A stretch of 64,000 nucleotides of DNA from assembly GCA_038087875.1 (NCBI GenBank), contig CM075999.1, positions 1,738,001-1,802,000 of the forward strand. The letters are read 5' to 3'. The stretch is from Malacoraja senta. Lineage: Eukaryota. This document shows positions 24,016 to 35,799 of this stretch, one piece after another (position 1 is the stretch's first letter; each line of letters begins with the position of its first letter). The notes under the pieces are model-generated. The model did not search any database and was not told the origin of the DNA. It saw nothing but the letters and a program-made list of their open reading frames with translations. A program made the position numbers and the translations under genes.

Positions 24016-24588
24016 TATATCCCAGTGAAGAAGTGAATTTGCTCTGTCCCCTCGGGCTCGATTGTAATCATATATTATCTTTCCGCTGACTGGTTAGCAC
24101 GCAACAGAAAAGCTTTTCATTGTACCTCGGTACACTTGACAATAAGCTAAACACAAACTCCACGGTCCCTTGATGTGACTGTTTGAAACACATCATCAGT
24201 GGCGAGTCTGTTTTGTTAAATAGTGGTACTGTATTATTGCAATTGTGATAAATACCATCTATCACATTAACTTCTTGTCATGTTGATACCACTATGGGGT
24301 GTGTTAGCATCTCAGTGTCATTGATGATAACAGCGGTTTCTATTAAAAGCTGCTCTTAAGTTAATTGTCGCTGATGGTATCACATTAGCTGTAATCAGGT
24401 GATGGTGAAGGCAGGCCGGGCATGCTGATCTGAATTTCAAACATTTCACATCCAGCCCTGTGATCAGTCACCACACACTGGAAATGTTGTCGCTGGCTCC
24501 ATTCCTCTCCCGTTGTACTCGTCCCCGTCATTAAAGCCGCCATAATTAAAGATTCATCGCGCGCCCCATTGAACATCCCGCATCCTAA

Positions 24589-24919
24589 AAGCCCTGTCCC
24601 ACGGTACGAGTTCATTCCAAGAGCTCTCCCCGAGTTTGCCCTGATTCGAACTCGGAGATTTACGGTAATGGCCGCTCGTCGGTACTCGGGGCTCTCGTGG
24701 ACATTTTTCAACATGATGAAAAATCTTCACGAGTCTTCCAGAGCTTACCTGCCGTTGGCGAGTCCTCCAGAGTACCTTCCGTTAGCGTTACGAGCCGCCA
24801 AGAGACGTCCCCGAGCTCCGACGTACCCGCTACGTTCATTCTCCGTGTTTACCACGAGTTTGATTTTTTTTAAACTCAGGAGAGCTCTTGGAATGAAATC
24901 GTACTGTGGGACAGGGCTT
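24589..24919. mobile_element. Harbinger-type MITE, family A (opposite orientation to 4391)
   Basis: AAGCCCTGTCCCAC / GTGGGACAGGGCTT; TAA TSD. Confidence 0.85.
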
Positions 24920-25303
24920 TAACTGTGTACAAAATCAGGAGAGGAATAGATCGGGTAGATGCACCGAGTCCCTTGCCCAGAGTAGGGGAATCGAGGACCA
25001 GAGGACATCGGGGAGATATGGGGAGAAGGCAGGAACGGGGGGTACTGATTGGGGATGATCAGCCATGGTCACATTGAATGGCGGTGCTGGCTTGAAGGGC
25101 CGAATGGCCTACTCCTGCACCTATTGTTTATTGTCTATTGTCACAGGTTCAAGGTGAAGGGGAAAAGATTTAATAGGAATCTGATGGGGTAACTTTTTCA
25201 CACAAAGGGTGGTGGGATTATGGAACGAGCTGCCAGAGGAGGTAGTTGAGGCTGGGACTATCCCATCGTTTAAGAAACAGTTAGACAGGTACATGAATAG
25301 GAC

Positions 25304-25359
25304 GGGGTGGGGAGATTGCAACTCTTCACGTGGTCCGCCCTGTTTCGACGAATGCAATC
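25304..25359 (+). ncRNA. Minimal HDV-like (CPEB3-type) ribozyme, predicted
   Basis: GGGGUGG-GGA-GAUUGCA-ACU-CUUCACGU-GGU-CCGCCCU-G-UUUCGA-CGAA-UGCAAUC: P1 7 bp with G1-U, P2 7 bp perfect, P3 3 bp, CGAA J4/2, P4 reduced to U(UUCG)A. Confidence 0.8.
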
Positions 25360-25443
25360 AACCCGGCGTGCACAATCAAATAAGATCAAATAGAACAAGT
25401 TGTCCTTCAACTTTAGGCTGTGCACGCCACACGCAAGGAGAAG
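25304..25443 (+). mobile_element. Ribozyme-headed short retroelement, family 1
   Basis: TSD ATG(A/G)ATAGGAC at 25293-25303 and 25444-25454 inside a CR1; 10-bp stem GGCGTGCACA/TGTGCACGCC; tail AAGGAGAAG. Confidence 0.85.
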
Positions 25444-25730
25444 ATGGATAGGACAGGTTTGGAGGGAGATGGACCAAGCGCAGCCAGGCGGGACTAGTGT
25501 AGCTGGGACATGTTGGCCAGTGTGGGCAAGATGGGCTGAAGGGCCTGTTTCCACCCTGTATCACTCTATGACTAACGTTCCTGACTGCAAGGCAAACGTG
25601 TGGGTTACCTCGGGCAGGCCGTGCCTTTGAACTTTCCACAGCTTCTCTCCTGCCCTTGACGAAGAAGGGTCTCGACCCGAAACGTCACCTATTCCTTCGC
25701 TCCATAGATACTGCCTCACCCGCTCAGTTT

Positions 25731-26050
25731 ATAATAATATTAATAATAAATCCTTTATTTCGAACAGACTAAAAAAATAAAAAGCAAGTGTGAAACAGCA
25801 CACAAAAAACAAAAAAAACAAAAAACAAGAATATTTATGAAGTGTCATAAAGAATATTTATAAATAAATGAATCGTATGTGTCCGAAAAGGAGCAGGAAG
25901 AAGCCAAAGTTATTAATTCCCACCCCTTATTCAAATGCATATAATTATCTTATACAAATTTAGCAGCTATAAACACCTACTTCCATATGTACACCAAATT
26001 ATTTACATTTATACACTAATCAAATATTTGCAAAGCCATACAAAAATAAA
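25731..26050 (-). mobile_element. LINE 3' end (L2/Crack-like) inserted in a Penelope pLTR
   Basis: Minus strand GGCTTCTTCCTGCTCCTTTTCGGAC..AATAAA then (TAT)n-like tail; splits the pLTR at AGTTT. Confidence 0.45.
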
Positions 26051-26596
26051 GAGTTTCTCCAGCATTTTTGTCTACCTCAGACTATGCTTGATCGGACTTT
26101 GCTGGCTTCACCTTGCGCTAAATGCTATTCCCTTTATCATGCATCTGTACACTGCGGAAGGCTCGATTGTAATCATGTGTTGTCTTTCCGCTGACTGGTT
26201 AGCACGCAACAAAAGCTTTTCACTGTACCTCGGTACACGCGACAATAAACTGAACTGAACTGCTCGTGAAGCATTTGAAAGGCTGTCAAACAGGGCTGTT
26301 CTCTGAAGGCCCTGAGCTGGCAAAAAAATGTTCCAGAAGAAAAATGATTTTCAATTGATGAACAAATAGAAAAAACTTTCTGCGATAGAATTTCCGTTCA
26401 AGGTTCCCATTCTCTACCTGACTCTGGATTCAATAGACAATAGACAATTCCTCCCTCAATTGCGAGTTCCTTTGGGTATAACAATGGCCAAAGCTCTTTC
26501 CCGGAGTGTTTTTGTATTGTACGTACAGTTTCCAATGGAATTTTATGTAAACAATTAGGTGTCTGAGAGAAAATGAAAGCCTGTAAAGTAAATGAA

Positions 26597-27321
26597 TTTT
26601 TTTTTTTTTTTTTTTTGGAAAATATTTTTTATTGGAGATAAGTACACAACATATTAACATCATTGTGTTAAAGAAGGAACTGCAGATGCTGGAAAATCGA
26701 AGGTACACAAAAATGCTGGAGAAACTCAGCGGGTGCAGCAGCATCTATGGAGCGAAGGAAATAGGCAACGTTTCGGGGCCGAAACCCTTCTTCAGACCAG
26801 TCTTACATTTTTAAATTGATAATATTGTTAATTATTATTACATTGTCTCCAATACCTTTTGCCTTTTTTGTTTTTTTTAAACTAGATAGAACTAAAAAGA
26901 TAGATGAAGTAAAGAAAGAAAAGAGAGAGAAGAAAAGAGAGAGAAATAAAAATAAAAAAATAAAAAAAAATAAAAAAAAAAATAAAAAAACAGAAAAGAA
27001 AAAGATAGTTAAAGAAGAATGGAAAAATTTATTAAAATAAAAAACTTTGTTCGAGATATATTCGTACATTTCAGAGTATAACATTTCATCCATTCTTTAG
27101 CCCGAGTGTTAGTCAGGTTCCTGTGCTGAACCATTCTGACCCTTTAAATAATCAATAAAGGGAGACCATGTTCCAACGAATAATTCCTGTTTGTCCAACA
27201 GGGAAAATCTGATTCTTTCCACGTTTAAGGTCTCCGTCATTTCTATAATCCACATTTTGATTGTGGGGGTTATAGGGCCTTTCCAAAATTTTAGAATTAA
27301 TTTTTTTCCCGTTATTATACA
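26597..27321 (-). mobile_element. 5'-truncated L1 insertion with polyA and 12-bp TSD
   Basis: AAAGTAAATGAA at 26585-26596 and 27322-27333; minus frame KKLILKFWKGPITPTIKMWIIEMTETLNVERIRF..TWSPFIDYL; Penelope piece nested at 26665-26797. Confidence 0.8.
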
Positions 27322-27988
27322 AAAGTAAATGAATTTGACCGTCCATTAACTAATAGCTCCTTTCTTTGTTTTACCCATTCATTGGAGGTGGATATTGCTG
27401 GCAGGACCTCCTTGCCCATCCTTCAAAAACACAGTGCCAGTCGCTTTATTTGGTTGAAAGATACAGCATGGAAACAGGCCCTTCGTCCCATTGAGTCCAT
27501 GCCGACCATCGATCACCCGTACGCTCTAGTTCTATGTTATCCCACTTTCCCAACCACTCCCGACGCACATGGGGCAATTAACCTACGAACCCGCATGTCT
27601 TTGGGATGTAGAAGGAAACCGGAGCACCCGGAGGAAACCCAGCAGGTCACAGGGAGAATGTCACGTGGTGGCACGGTGGCGCAGCGGTAGAGCGGCTGCC
27701 TCACAGCGCCAGAGACCCGGGTTCGATCCTGACTACGGGTGCTGTCTGTACGGAGTTTGCACGTTCTCTTTGGGGAGAACGTGCAAACTCCACGCAGACA
27801 GCACCCACACTATGGAACCCAGGCGGCCCTCGGCGTTTGGCGCTGTAAAGCTGCAACTCTACCGCTGTGCCGCAGTGCCGCCCTTCAGCACCGCACCGTT
27901 TCGCGGAGTAACTCAGCGGGACAGGCGGCGTCTCTGGAGAGAAGAAATGGGTGATGTTTCGGGTCGAGAATCTCTTCAGACTGAGCAC

Positions 27989-28300
27989 GGGGGGCACAGC
28001 GTTGGAGTTGCTGCCTTACAGCTCTCGCAGCGCCGGGTTCGATCCCGACTACTGGTTCTCTCTGCACGGAGTTTGCACGTTCTCCCCGTGACCGGCGTGG
28101 GTTTTCTCCGAGATCTTCGGTTTCCTCCCCCACTCCAAAGACGTGCAGGTTTGTAGGTTAGTTGCCTTGGAATAAATGTTTAAAAACTGTCCCTAATGTG
28201 CGTGGGTAAGAGTGTTGATGTACGGGGATCGCTGGTCAATGCGGACACGGTGGGCCGAAGGGCCTGTTTACATGCTGTGTCTCTAAAGCTAAAACTAAAA
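27989..28300 (+). mobile_element. V-SINE copy
   Basis: Head, central domain, tail. Confidence 0.8.
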
Positions 28301-28616
28301 ACAATGCTGGCTGCTGTCTCTTTGAACAATGTGGTACAATTGGCATTAACCCATCAGTAATACATTCATGAGAAGATGAATACCAAATGTTGGTGAGAAT
28401 ATATAATCTTAATGGCCATCACTGTCTTGGCATGGATTTGATTACACAGTGAATGACATATAATGATATGGAAATGCCAAAAGTGATTTATCAGATAAAC
28501 CTTTTGTGGACATTTTGGTTTGAAAGAAGAGTTCTTCCCTCTCATAGCAAATCGAATTGTCAAACTGATGTATAGACCAATTCTCTCACTACACACTTGC
28601 CCCTAAGGAATGCTGT

Positions 28617-28638
28617 AACACACACACACACACACACA
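28617..28638. repeat. (CA)n microsatellite
   Basis: Direct reading. Confidence 0.9.
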
Positions 28639-28714
28639 ATTAAATGACGTGCAGTACCACTTCGCCTTTGATTGTGAGTGAGCAAACTACATGTGGTGCA
28701 GGCAGATACATAAT

Positions 28715-28928
28715 GTACAACTTGAGTGCCCTGGAGAGGAAAAGACTACAAAAAGTAGTAAACACTGCCCAGTCCATCACCGGCTCTGACCTCCCTTCCA
28801 TCGAGGGGATCTATCGCAGTCGCTGCCTCAAAAAGGCTGGCAGCATCATCAAGGACCCACACCATCCTGGCCACACACTCATCTCCCCGCTACCTTCAGG
28901 TAGAAGGTACAGGAGCCTGAAGACTGCA
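28715..28928 (+). mobile_element. Rex1/Babar LINE fragment (continues after 29690)
   Basis: ERKRLQKVVNTAQSITGSDLPSIEGIYRSRCLKKAGSIIKDPHHPGH..LPSGRRYRS. Confidence 0.85.
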
Positions 28929-29690
28929 CCTCCATCTTAACACCACAAAAACCAAGGAGATAGTTGTGGACTTCAGGAGAGGGAGGAGGAAGACTCAAGC
29001 AACACCAATCACCATTAAGGGCACTGAGGTGGAGGTGGTCGCCAACCACAGGTACCTTGGTGTGCAGCTTGACAGGGAGCTGGACTGGAAGTGTCATATG
29101 GAGGCGGTGTACAGGAAGGGACAAAGCCGACTGTATTTTTTAAGGAGGCTGAGGGCATTTAACATCTGCCAACCCCTACTGTGCAGTGTCTACCATTCAG
29201 TGGTGGCCAGTGCTCTGTTTTTTGCGGTGGCCTGTTGGGGAGATGGCGCTCGCATAGCGGACAAAAACAGACTGGACAAGCTGATCAGGAAGGCCGGCTC
29301 AGTGATCGGGGCTGAGCAACGAACGGTCCAGCAGGTGGCAGAGGCCAGAACTCTGAAAAAAATGGGTTCTATAATGACCAACCCCACTCACCCACTCCAT
29401 GCCCTGAAGGTGATCAAGAGCAGCATCTTCAGTCAGAGACTGATTGCACCAATGTGCAAAACTGAGAGACATAGGAAGTCCTGTTTACCAGCTGCGATAA
29501 GGTTATATAATGCGCATAAATAACTGCACTTTTTAAAAATTAATTGTATTTTAACTTGTATTTTAACTTGTATTTTAACTTGTTAAGTATGGAAGCTATT
29601 TGTGGTGTTATGTCTGTCTTGAAGCTGTCGTGGCATTGTAATTTCCTGCAAAGGATTATTAAAGGTATAATCAATCAATCAATCAATCAA
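28929..29690 (+). mobile_element. Rex1/Babar LINE 3' fragment with (TCAA)n tail
   Basis: ORF 28966-29523 DFRR..YLGVQLDRELDW..KGQSRLYFLRRLRAFN..SVVASALFFAVACWG. Confidence 0.9.
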
Positions 29691-29723
29691 CAGCTACTTT
29701 CCCACAGCCATCAGGCTATTAAA

Positions 29724-29937
29724 GGTACACAAAAATGCTGAAGAAACTCAGCGGGTGCAGCAGCATCTATGGAGCGAAGGAAATCGGTAACGTTTTGGGC
29801 CGAAACCCTTCTTCAGACGTTTCGGCCCGAAACGTTACCTATTTCCTTCGCTCCATAGATGCTGCTGCACCCGCTGAGTTTCTCCAGCTTTTTTGTGTAG
29901 CTTCGATTTTCCAGCATCTGCAGTTCCTTCTTTAACA
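29724..29937. mobile_element. Penelope inverted-pLTR insertion with 15-bp TSD
   Basis: CATCAGGCTATTAAA on both sides; palindromic body plus 36-nt unpaired tail. Confidence 0.8.
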
Positions 29938-30884
29938 CATCAGGCTATTAAACCTGGCTCGGACATAACACTGAACTTTATTAGCCAATACTGTTATTTG
30001 CACTTTATCAGTATATTGACCATTGTGTATATATTTATAGAATGCCTTGTAGTAAATGCCTACTATGTTCTGTTGTGCTCAAGCAAAGCAAGAATTTCAT
30101 TGTCCTACCAAGGACACATGACAATATACTCATTGACTTGACTTAAATAAGCAGAATAAACCCTTCACACGTGGGAAGGAACCGCAGATGCTGGTTTACA
30201 CTGGAGACGGACACAAAACGCTGGAGTAACTCAGCGGGACGGGCAGCGTCTCTGGAGAGAAGGAATGGGTGACGTTTTGCGGGTTGAGGCCCTTCTTCAA
30301 AACTAAACTGCTCTTGAGCATGTGAAAATAGACTGGATGACTTGACTTCACAAGTGGGACGACGAGCTCCAGAGAGCTGTAAAAAAACAGCAGAGAGAAT
30401 CACCGGCTGCCCACTGCCCTCTCGGGAGGATATTGCTACCTCAGCAGAGCCACTAACATCATCAACGACTCCACAACCACCTTTTTGAACTGTCGCCCTC
30501 TGGCAGGCGTTACGGGTCAGCCACAACACGCACCTCCAGACTCAGAGACAGTTTCTTCCCCAAAGCAATCTTCACACTCAACATGAAAAAGCACGGATTA
30601 TTCTTCAAGCTGCACTCTTCCATGCTGCTACCCACCTTGAACGTTTACTATCACCATGTACAGCACTGATTACTTACTTATCTTGATACCTAGTTTTTAA
30701 CATTGATTTTAAATTGTGTCCTGTGTTTTTATGTTTGTATATTATGCACCAATGGAGTGGAAACAACAATTTCGTTGTGTGCAGTGCTTACAATGACAAA
30801 TAAAGGCATTTCATTCATTTCATTTCATTTCAAGAGCCTGTTTCTGTGCTTTCAGTTTAAATTAGTTTAGAGGTGCAGCTTTTG

Positions 30885-31285
30885 GAAGAATGGGAGCATC
30901 TTTTTGGGCCCCATAACTGAGGAGGAATGTGCTGGCGTTGGAGAGGGTCCGGAGGAGGTTTACGGGAACGATCCCAGGAACGAGTGGGTTAACATATGAT
31001 GAGCGTTTGAAGGGCGCTGGGCCTGTACTCGCTGGGATTTAGATGGATGAGGGGGGGGGGGGGGGACCTCATTGAAAAACTTACCGAATAGTGAAAGACC
31101 TGGAAAGAGTGGATGTGGAGACGATGCTTCCACTAGTGGGAGAGTCCAGGACTAGAGGCCGCAGCCTCAGAATTAAAGGACGTATCTTTAGAAAGGAAAT
31201 AAGGAAGGATTTTGTTTTCAGCCAGAGGATGGTGAATCTGTGAAATTGATTACCACGGACGGCGGTGGAGGCCAAGTCAATAGAA
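30885..31285 (+). mobile_element. CR1 fragment
   Basis: GAGAGTCCAGGACTAGAGGCCGCAGCCTCAGAATTAAAGGACG, frameshifted. Confidence 0.8.
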
Positions 31286-31542
31286 ACATTTAAAATGGAG
31301 ATTTAGATGGATGAGGGGGGGGGGACCTCATTGAAAACTTACTTAACGGTGAAAGAAGGCTGGAGAACATTTTTGTCCACCTTCGATTTTTCCAGCATTT
31401 GCAGTTCTTTCTTAAACATCTCTGGAGAGAAGGAATGGGTGACGTTTCTGGCCGAGACTGGAGCTGCTCAGAGCTGCTCAATCACGTTGCAAATAGATTC
31501 ATAGATTCTGCTCCGCCATGAATCTACTTGCAACGTGATTTA

Positions 31543-32002
31543 AGGGCCTATCCCACCTGCAGGCAGTTGCGTGCGTCTGGCGCGACCAAACGTGGTCGCT
31601 TGAGGCGTACGGGCCGCGCGGGGCCGGTCCCACTTCCAAGCGCGGAGGCGTATATGGAGTTGTGCGGGGCTGGTCCCGACATCGGGCGGGGCTCTCCGAA
31701 AATCCCGCACTGTCCGAAAATTCCGCGCGCCGACGGCCTGTCGGCCCGCAGGCGCATTGAGGGCGTATGCAGCGTCTTGATGTCTTGACGGCGTACGCCT
31801 AGTGCGTGGCGTTGCGTGATGACGTCACCGCCCGGCGCCGTTGCGACACCCAAATTCAGTCGGCCTGCACTCCTGACCAGCTGATTGGTAAGCCAGACAC
31901 GAATTACGTCACACGCGAACTTAGCGCTAACTTAGCGCGAACTCCGCTTCCGTTTTGGTCGTGCCAAACGCATGCAGTCGCATGCAAGTGGGACAGGCCC
32001 CT
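31543..32002. mobile_element. Harbinger-type MITE, family D (CpG-rich)
   Basis: AGGGCCTATCCCAC / GTGGGACAGGCCCCT; TTA TSD; homologous to 36525-37043. Confidence 0.85.
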
Positions 32003-32499
32003 TTAAGCAAACAAGTTGAGGCAGCATTGGTGGCATTGAGCTGGGAGGGGGAGAAAGGGTTTTGCTACCAAACACCAGTTGGCTGCACCCTGGTCTCACG
32101 CAACCAGCCACGTGGTTAAAACTTGGTGCCAGCGCTCATGGACTGGTGATTTATGTGGAAGGAGATGAGGAGGGATTTCTTTAGTCAGAGGGTTTAGTCG
32201 GTGAATCAGTGGGATTCATTGCCACGGACGGCTGTGGAGGCCAAGTCGGTGGATATTTTTAAGACGGAGATTCTTGATGAGTACGGGTATCGAGGGTTAT
32301 GGGGAGAAGGCAGGAGAATGGGTTGAGAGGGAAAGATAGATCAGTCACGATTGAATAGAGGAGTTGACTTGATGGGCTGAATGGCCCAATTCTGCACCCA
32401 TGACCTTTGATCTTATGAACTTTAGGCTGATCGGCCGTATTCAATGATGGCTGAGTTATCTTTTCCTCTCAACCCCATTCTCATAAGTTCATACATTCA

Positions 32500-32827
32500 T
32501 GTTCATAAGTGATAGGAGGGGATTAGGCCATTCGGCCCATCAAGTCTACTCCGCCATTCAATCATGGCTGATCTATCCCTCCCGCTCAACCCCATTCTCC
32601 TGCCTTCTCCCATAACCCCTGACACCCGCACTAATAAAAAATCTGTCAATCTCTGCCTTAAAAATATCTGTTGACTTGTCCTCCACAGCCGTCTGTGGCA
32701 AAGAATTCCACAGATTCACCACCCTCTGACTAAAGAAATTCCTCCTCATCTCCTTCCGAAAGGCACGACCTTTAATTCTGAAGCTACATCCTCTGGTCCT
32801 AGACTCTCCCACTAGTGGAAACATCCT
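32500..32827 (-). mobile_element. CR1 3' fragment
   Basis: RMFPLVGESRTRGCSFRIKGRAFRKEMRRNFFSQRVVNLWNSLP. Confidence 0.85.
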
Positions 32828-32855
32828 AATTTGCAAGATCTCTCTGGAACAGTAA

Positions 32856-33175
32856 TAGCCCTGTCCCACTGTACGAGTTCATTCCAAGAGCTCTCCCGAG
32901 TTTAAAACAAATCAAACTCGTGGTAAGCACGGAGAATGAACGTAGCGGGTACGTCGGAGCTCGGGGACGTCTCTTAGCGCTAACGGCAGGTACTCGGGAA
33001 GACTCGCTAACGGCAGGTAAGCACGGGAAGACTCGTGAAGATTTTTCAACATGTTGAAAAATGTCCACGAGAGCCCCGAGTACCGACGAGTGGCCGTTAC
33101 CGTAAATCTCCGAGTTCGAATCAGGGCAAACTCGGGAGAGCTCTTGGAAGGAACTCGTACAGTGGGACAGGGGTT
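32856..33175. mobile_element. Harbinger-type MITE, family A
   Basis: TAGCCCTGTCCCACTGTACGAG / CTCGTACAGTGGGACAGGGGTT; TAA TSD. Confidence 0.85.
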
Positions 33176-34071
33176 TAATGCAGGTAATTCGCTGTCCGTA
33201 TTGTTAATGCCAGATGTGGAATCAGAACAACGCTCCAGGTCTTTGCAAGTGGTAGTGTTAAATATTTCAGCTGATGTGTGTGTTACGATGTCACTTCACT
33301 GAAGGCAAGGGGCACTCCAAGTACAACATGAAGTCGTTACTACCTCAGTGCAGTCACAGCCCTGGAGCGGTTTCAAAGCCACACTGTGAAAGAGGCTGTC
33401 GGTCACAGGGTGAAAGCTAAAGTGAGAGATAGACACAAAATGCTGGAGTAACTCAGCGGGACGGGCAGCATCTGTGGAGAGAAGGAATGGGTGACGTTTC
33501 GTGTCGTGACTCTGAGTTTTGTTTAGCTTAGTTTAGAGATACAGCGTGGAAACAGGTCCTTCGGCCCCACCGAGTCCGCACCGACCAGCGATCCCCGCAC
33601 ATTAACACTATCCTACACTAGGGACAAATTTTACCTTTATAGATGACCATTCCCGTTCCTTCTCTCCAGAGTTACCGCTGAGTTACTCCAGCTTTTGGTG
33701 TCTATCTTCGAAAGACAATACATGATTACAAAACGACTTGTTCACAGCCTATTGATACATGATATGGGAATAACGTTTAGTGCAAGGTAACACCAGCAAA
33801 GTCCGATCAAGGATAGTCCGAGGGTCTGCAATGAGGTAGATAGTAGTTCAGCGCCGCTCTCTAGTTGTGAGTGGGTAGATGAAGGAGAATAATGAACAGC
33901 AATAATGTGTTGCATTGAAGTAACAATGAAGATCAAGGAGTCCTGGAGACATGAGGAACTGCAGGTGCTGGAATCTTGAGCATAACACAAAGTGCTGGAG
34001 GAATTCATTAGGTCAGGCAGCATCTGTGGAGGGAATGGACAGACAATGTTTCAGGTTGGGGCCCTTCTTAG

Positions 34072-34564
34072 AGGGGGTGGGGGAGGGGTTCAGAGGATGG
34101 GGGAGGGGGATGGGGGAGGGGTAAGGGGGTGGGGGAGGACGAGGGGGGAGGAGGAGGGGTGGGGGAGGCATGCTGCCACACGCGGCTGTGACAGGCAGTA
34201 GATAGGACCTTTGGTACTTGTCTAACCTTGTCGTCATCAGGTGGGGAGGGGGAGGAAGAGAGGGAGGTGGAGGGGGTGGGGAGGGTGATGGGGAGGGGGG
34301 AGGGGGAGGGGAGGGGGTGAGGGGTGGGGAGGGAGGAGGGGGTTTGGGGATGGGGAGGGGGAGAGGAGGGGAGGGGGAGGGAGAGGGAGGTGGAGGGGGT
34401 GGGGAGCGTGATGGGGAGGGGGAGGGGGTAGAGGGAGGGGGTGAGGGGTGGGGAGGGAGGAGGGGGTGGGGATGGGGAGCAGGAGGGGGAGGCATGCTGC
34501 CACATGCGTCTGCAACAGGCAGTAGGAAGAACCTTTGATACTTGTCTAACCTTGTCGTCATCAG
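34072..34564. repeat. G-rich low-complexity tract with a duplicated 74-bp block (324-bp spacing)
   Basis: Block GGCATGCTGCCACA..CTTGTCGTCATCAG at 34167-34240 and 34491-34564, each preceded by G runs. Confidence 0.9.
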
Positions 34565-35334
34565 ACAGGTTAATTGGATTCAGTACAATTGTACATTGTC
34601 CCTGATGTGTGTGGGATAGTGCCAGTGTGCGGGGATGGCTGGTCAGCGTGGACTGGTTGGGCCGAAGGGCCTGTTTCCGCGCTGTATCTCTAAACTAAAC
34701 TAAAGTGGACACAACATACGGGCAAGAAACTGAAAGCATTTCACTCAAAACGTTTGATTTATTGGAATTGCCGTTTAATCCCGCTTGGCCCGACCCAATT
34801 CTTCACGACAAGGTTTCGAATTTAGTTTCAATGCAAAAGGGTTAAAAAGGTAAAGCTGAGATGAGATTAAAGCTTCACAACTCCAACGCAAAACAGGACC
34901 TTTCTTGCCTCTGTCTCTGACCCCTATTTTAAACTATGAAGAAGAAGCAATTTAAAACTGTTGCTTCAAACACCGGGTCGGCTCCGTGACCCAGTCACGT
35001 GTCTGCATCTCGGTAAGAAATAATGTACAAGTATTGGACACAGTCTGAAGAAGGGTCTCGACGCGGAACGTCACCCATTCCTTCCCTCCAGAGATGCTGC
35101 CTGTCCCGCTGAGTTGCTCCAGCGTTTTGTGTCTTTCTCAAGTTTCAACCAGCATCTGCAGTTCCTTCCTACACATATAAGTATTGGATCCAGGCTGCCT
35201 AACGCCTAGAGGGATCGTGTAGGAAGGAACTGCAGATGTATGGTATAAACCAAAGATCAGCATTAAAAGCTGGAGAAACCCAGCGGGTCAGGCAGCATCT
35301 CTAGAGAGAAGGAATAGGTGAGGTTTCGGGTCAT

Positions 35335-35795
35335 AAGTGATAGGAGCAGAATTAGCAGAATTCGGCCCATCTAGTCTAATCCATCATTCAATCATGACTG
35401 ATCTATCTCTCCCTCTTAACCCCATTCTCCTGCCTTCTCCCCATAACCCCTGACGCCCGTACTACTAAAGAATCTATCTATCTCTGCCTTAAAAATACCC
35501 ATTGCCTTGGCCTCCACAGCCTTATGTGGCAAAGAATTCCACAGATTCTTTGTGGAACCAGAACTCTGACTAAATAAATTCCTCCTCATCTCCTTCCTAA
35601 AGGAACGCCCTTTAATTCTGATGCTGTGCCCTCTGGTCCTGGACTCTCCCATTAGTGGAAACATCCTCTCCACATCCACTCTATCCAGGCCTATCGCTAT
35701 TTGGTAAGTTTCAATGAGGTTCCTTCTAAACTCCAATGAGTACAGGCCCAGTGCAGTCAAACGCTCATCGTATGTTGACCCACTCATTCCTGATG
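35335..35795 (-). mobile_element. CR1 3' fragment
   Basis: ORF 35416-35802 [23 protein letters not shown]. Confidence 0.85.
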
Positions 35796-35799
35796 GGCT

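Noticed and set aside
34013..34561. Proline- or glycine-rich ORFs
   Set aside because: Translation of low-complexity G/C tracts.
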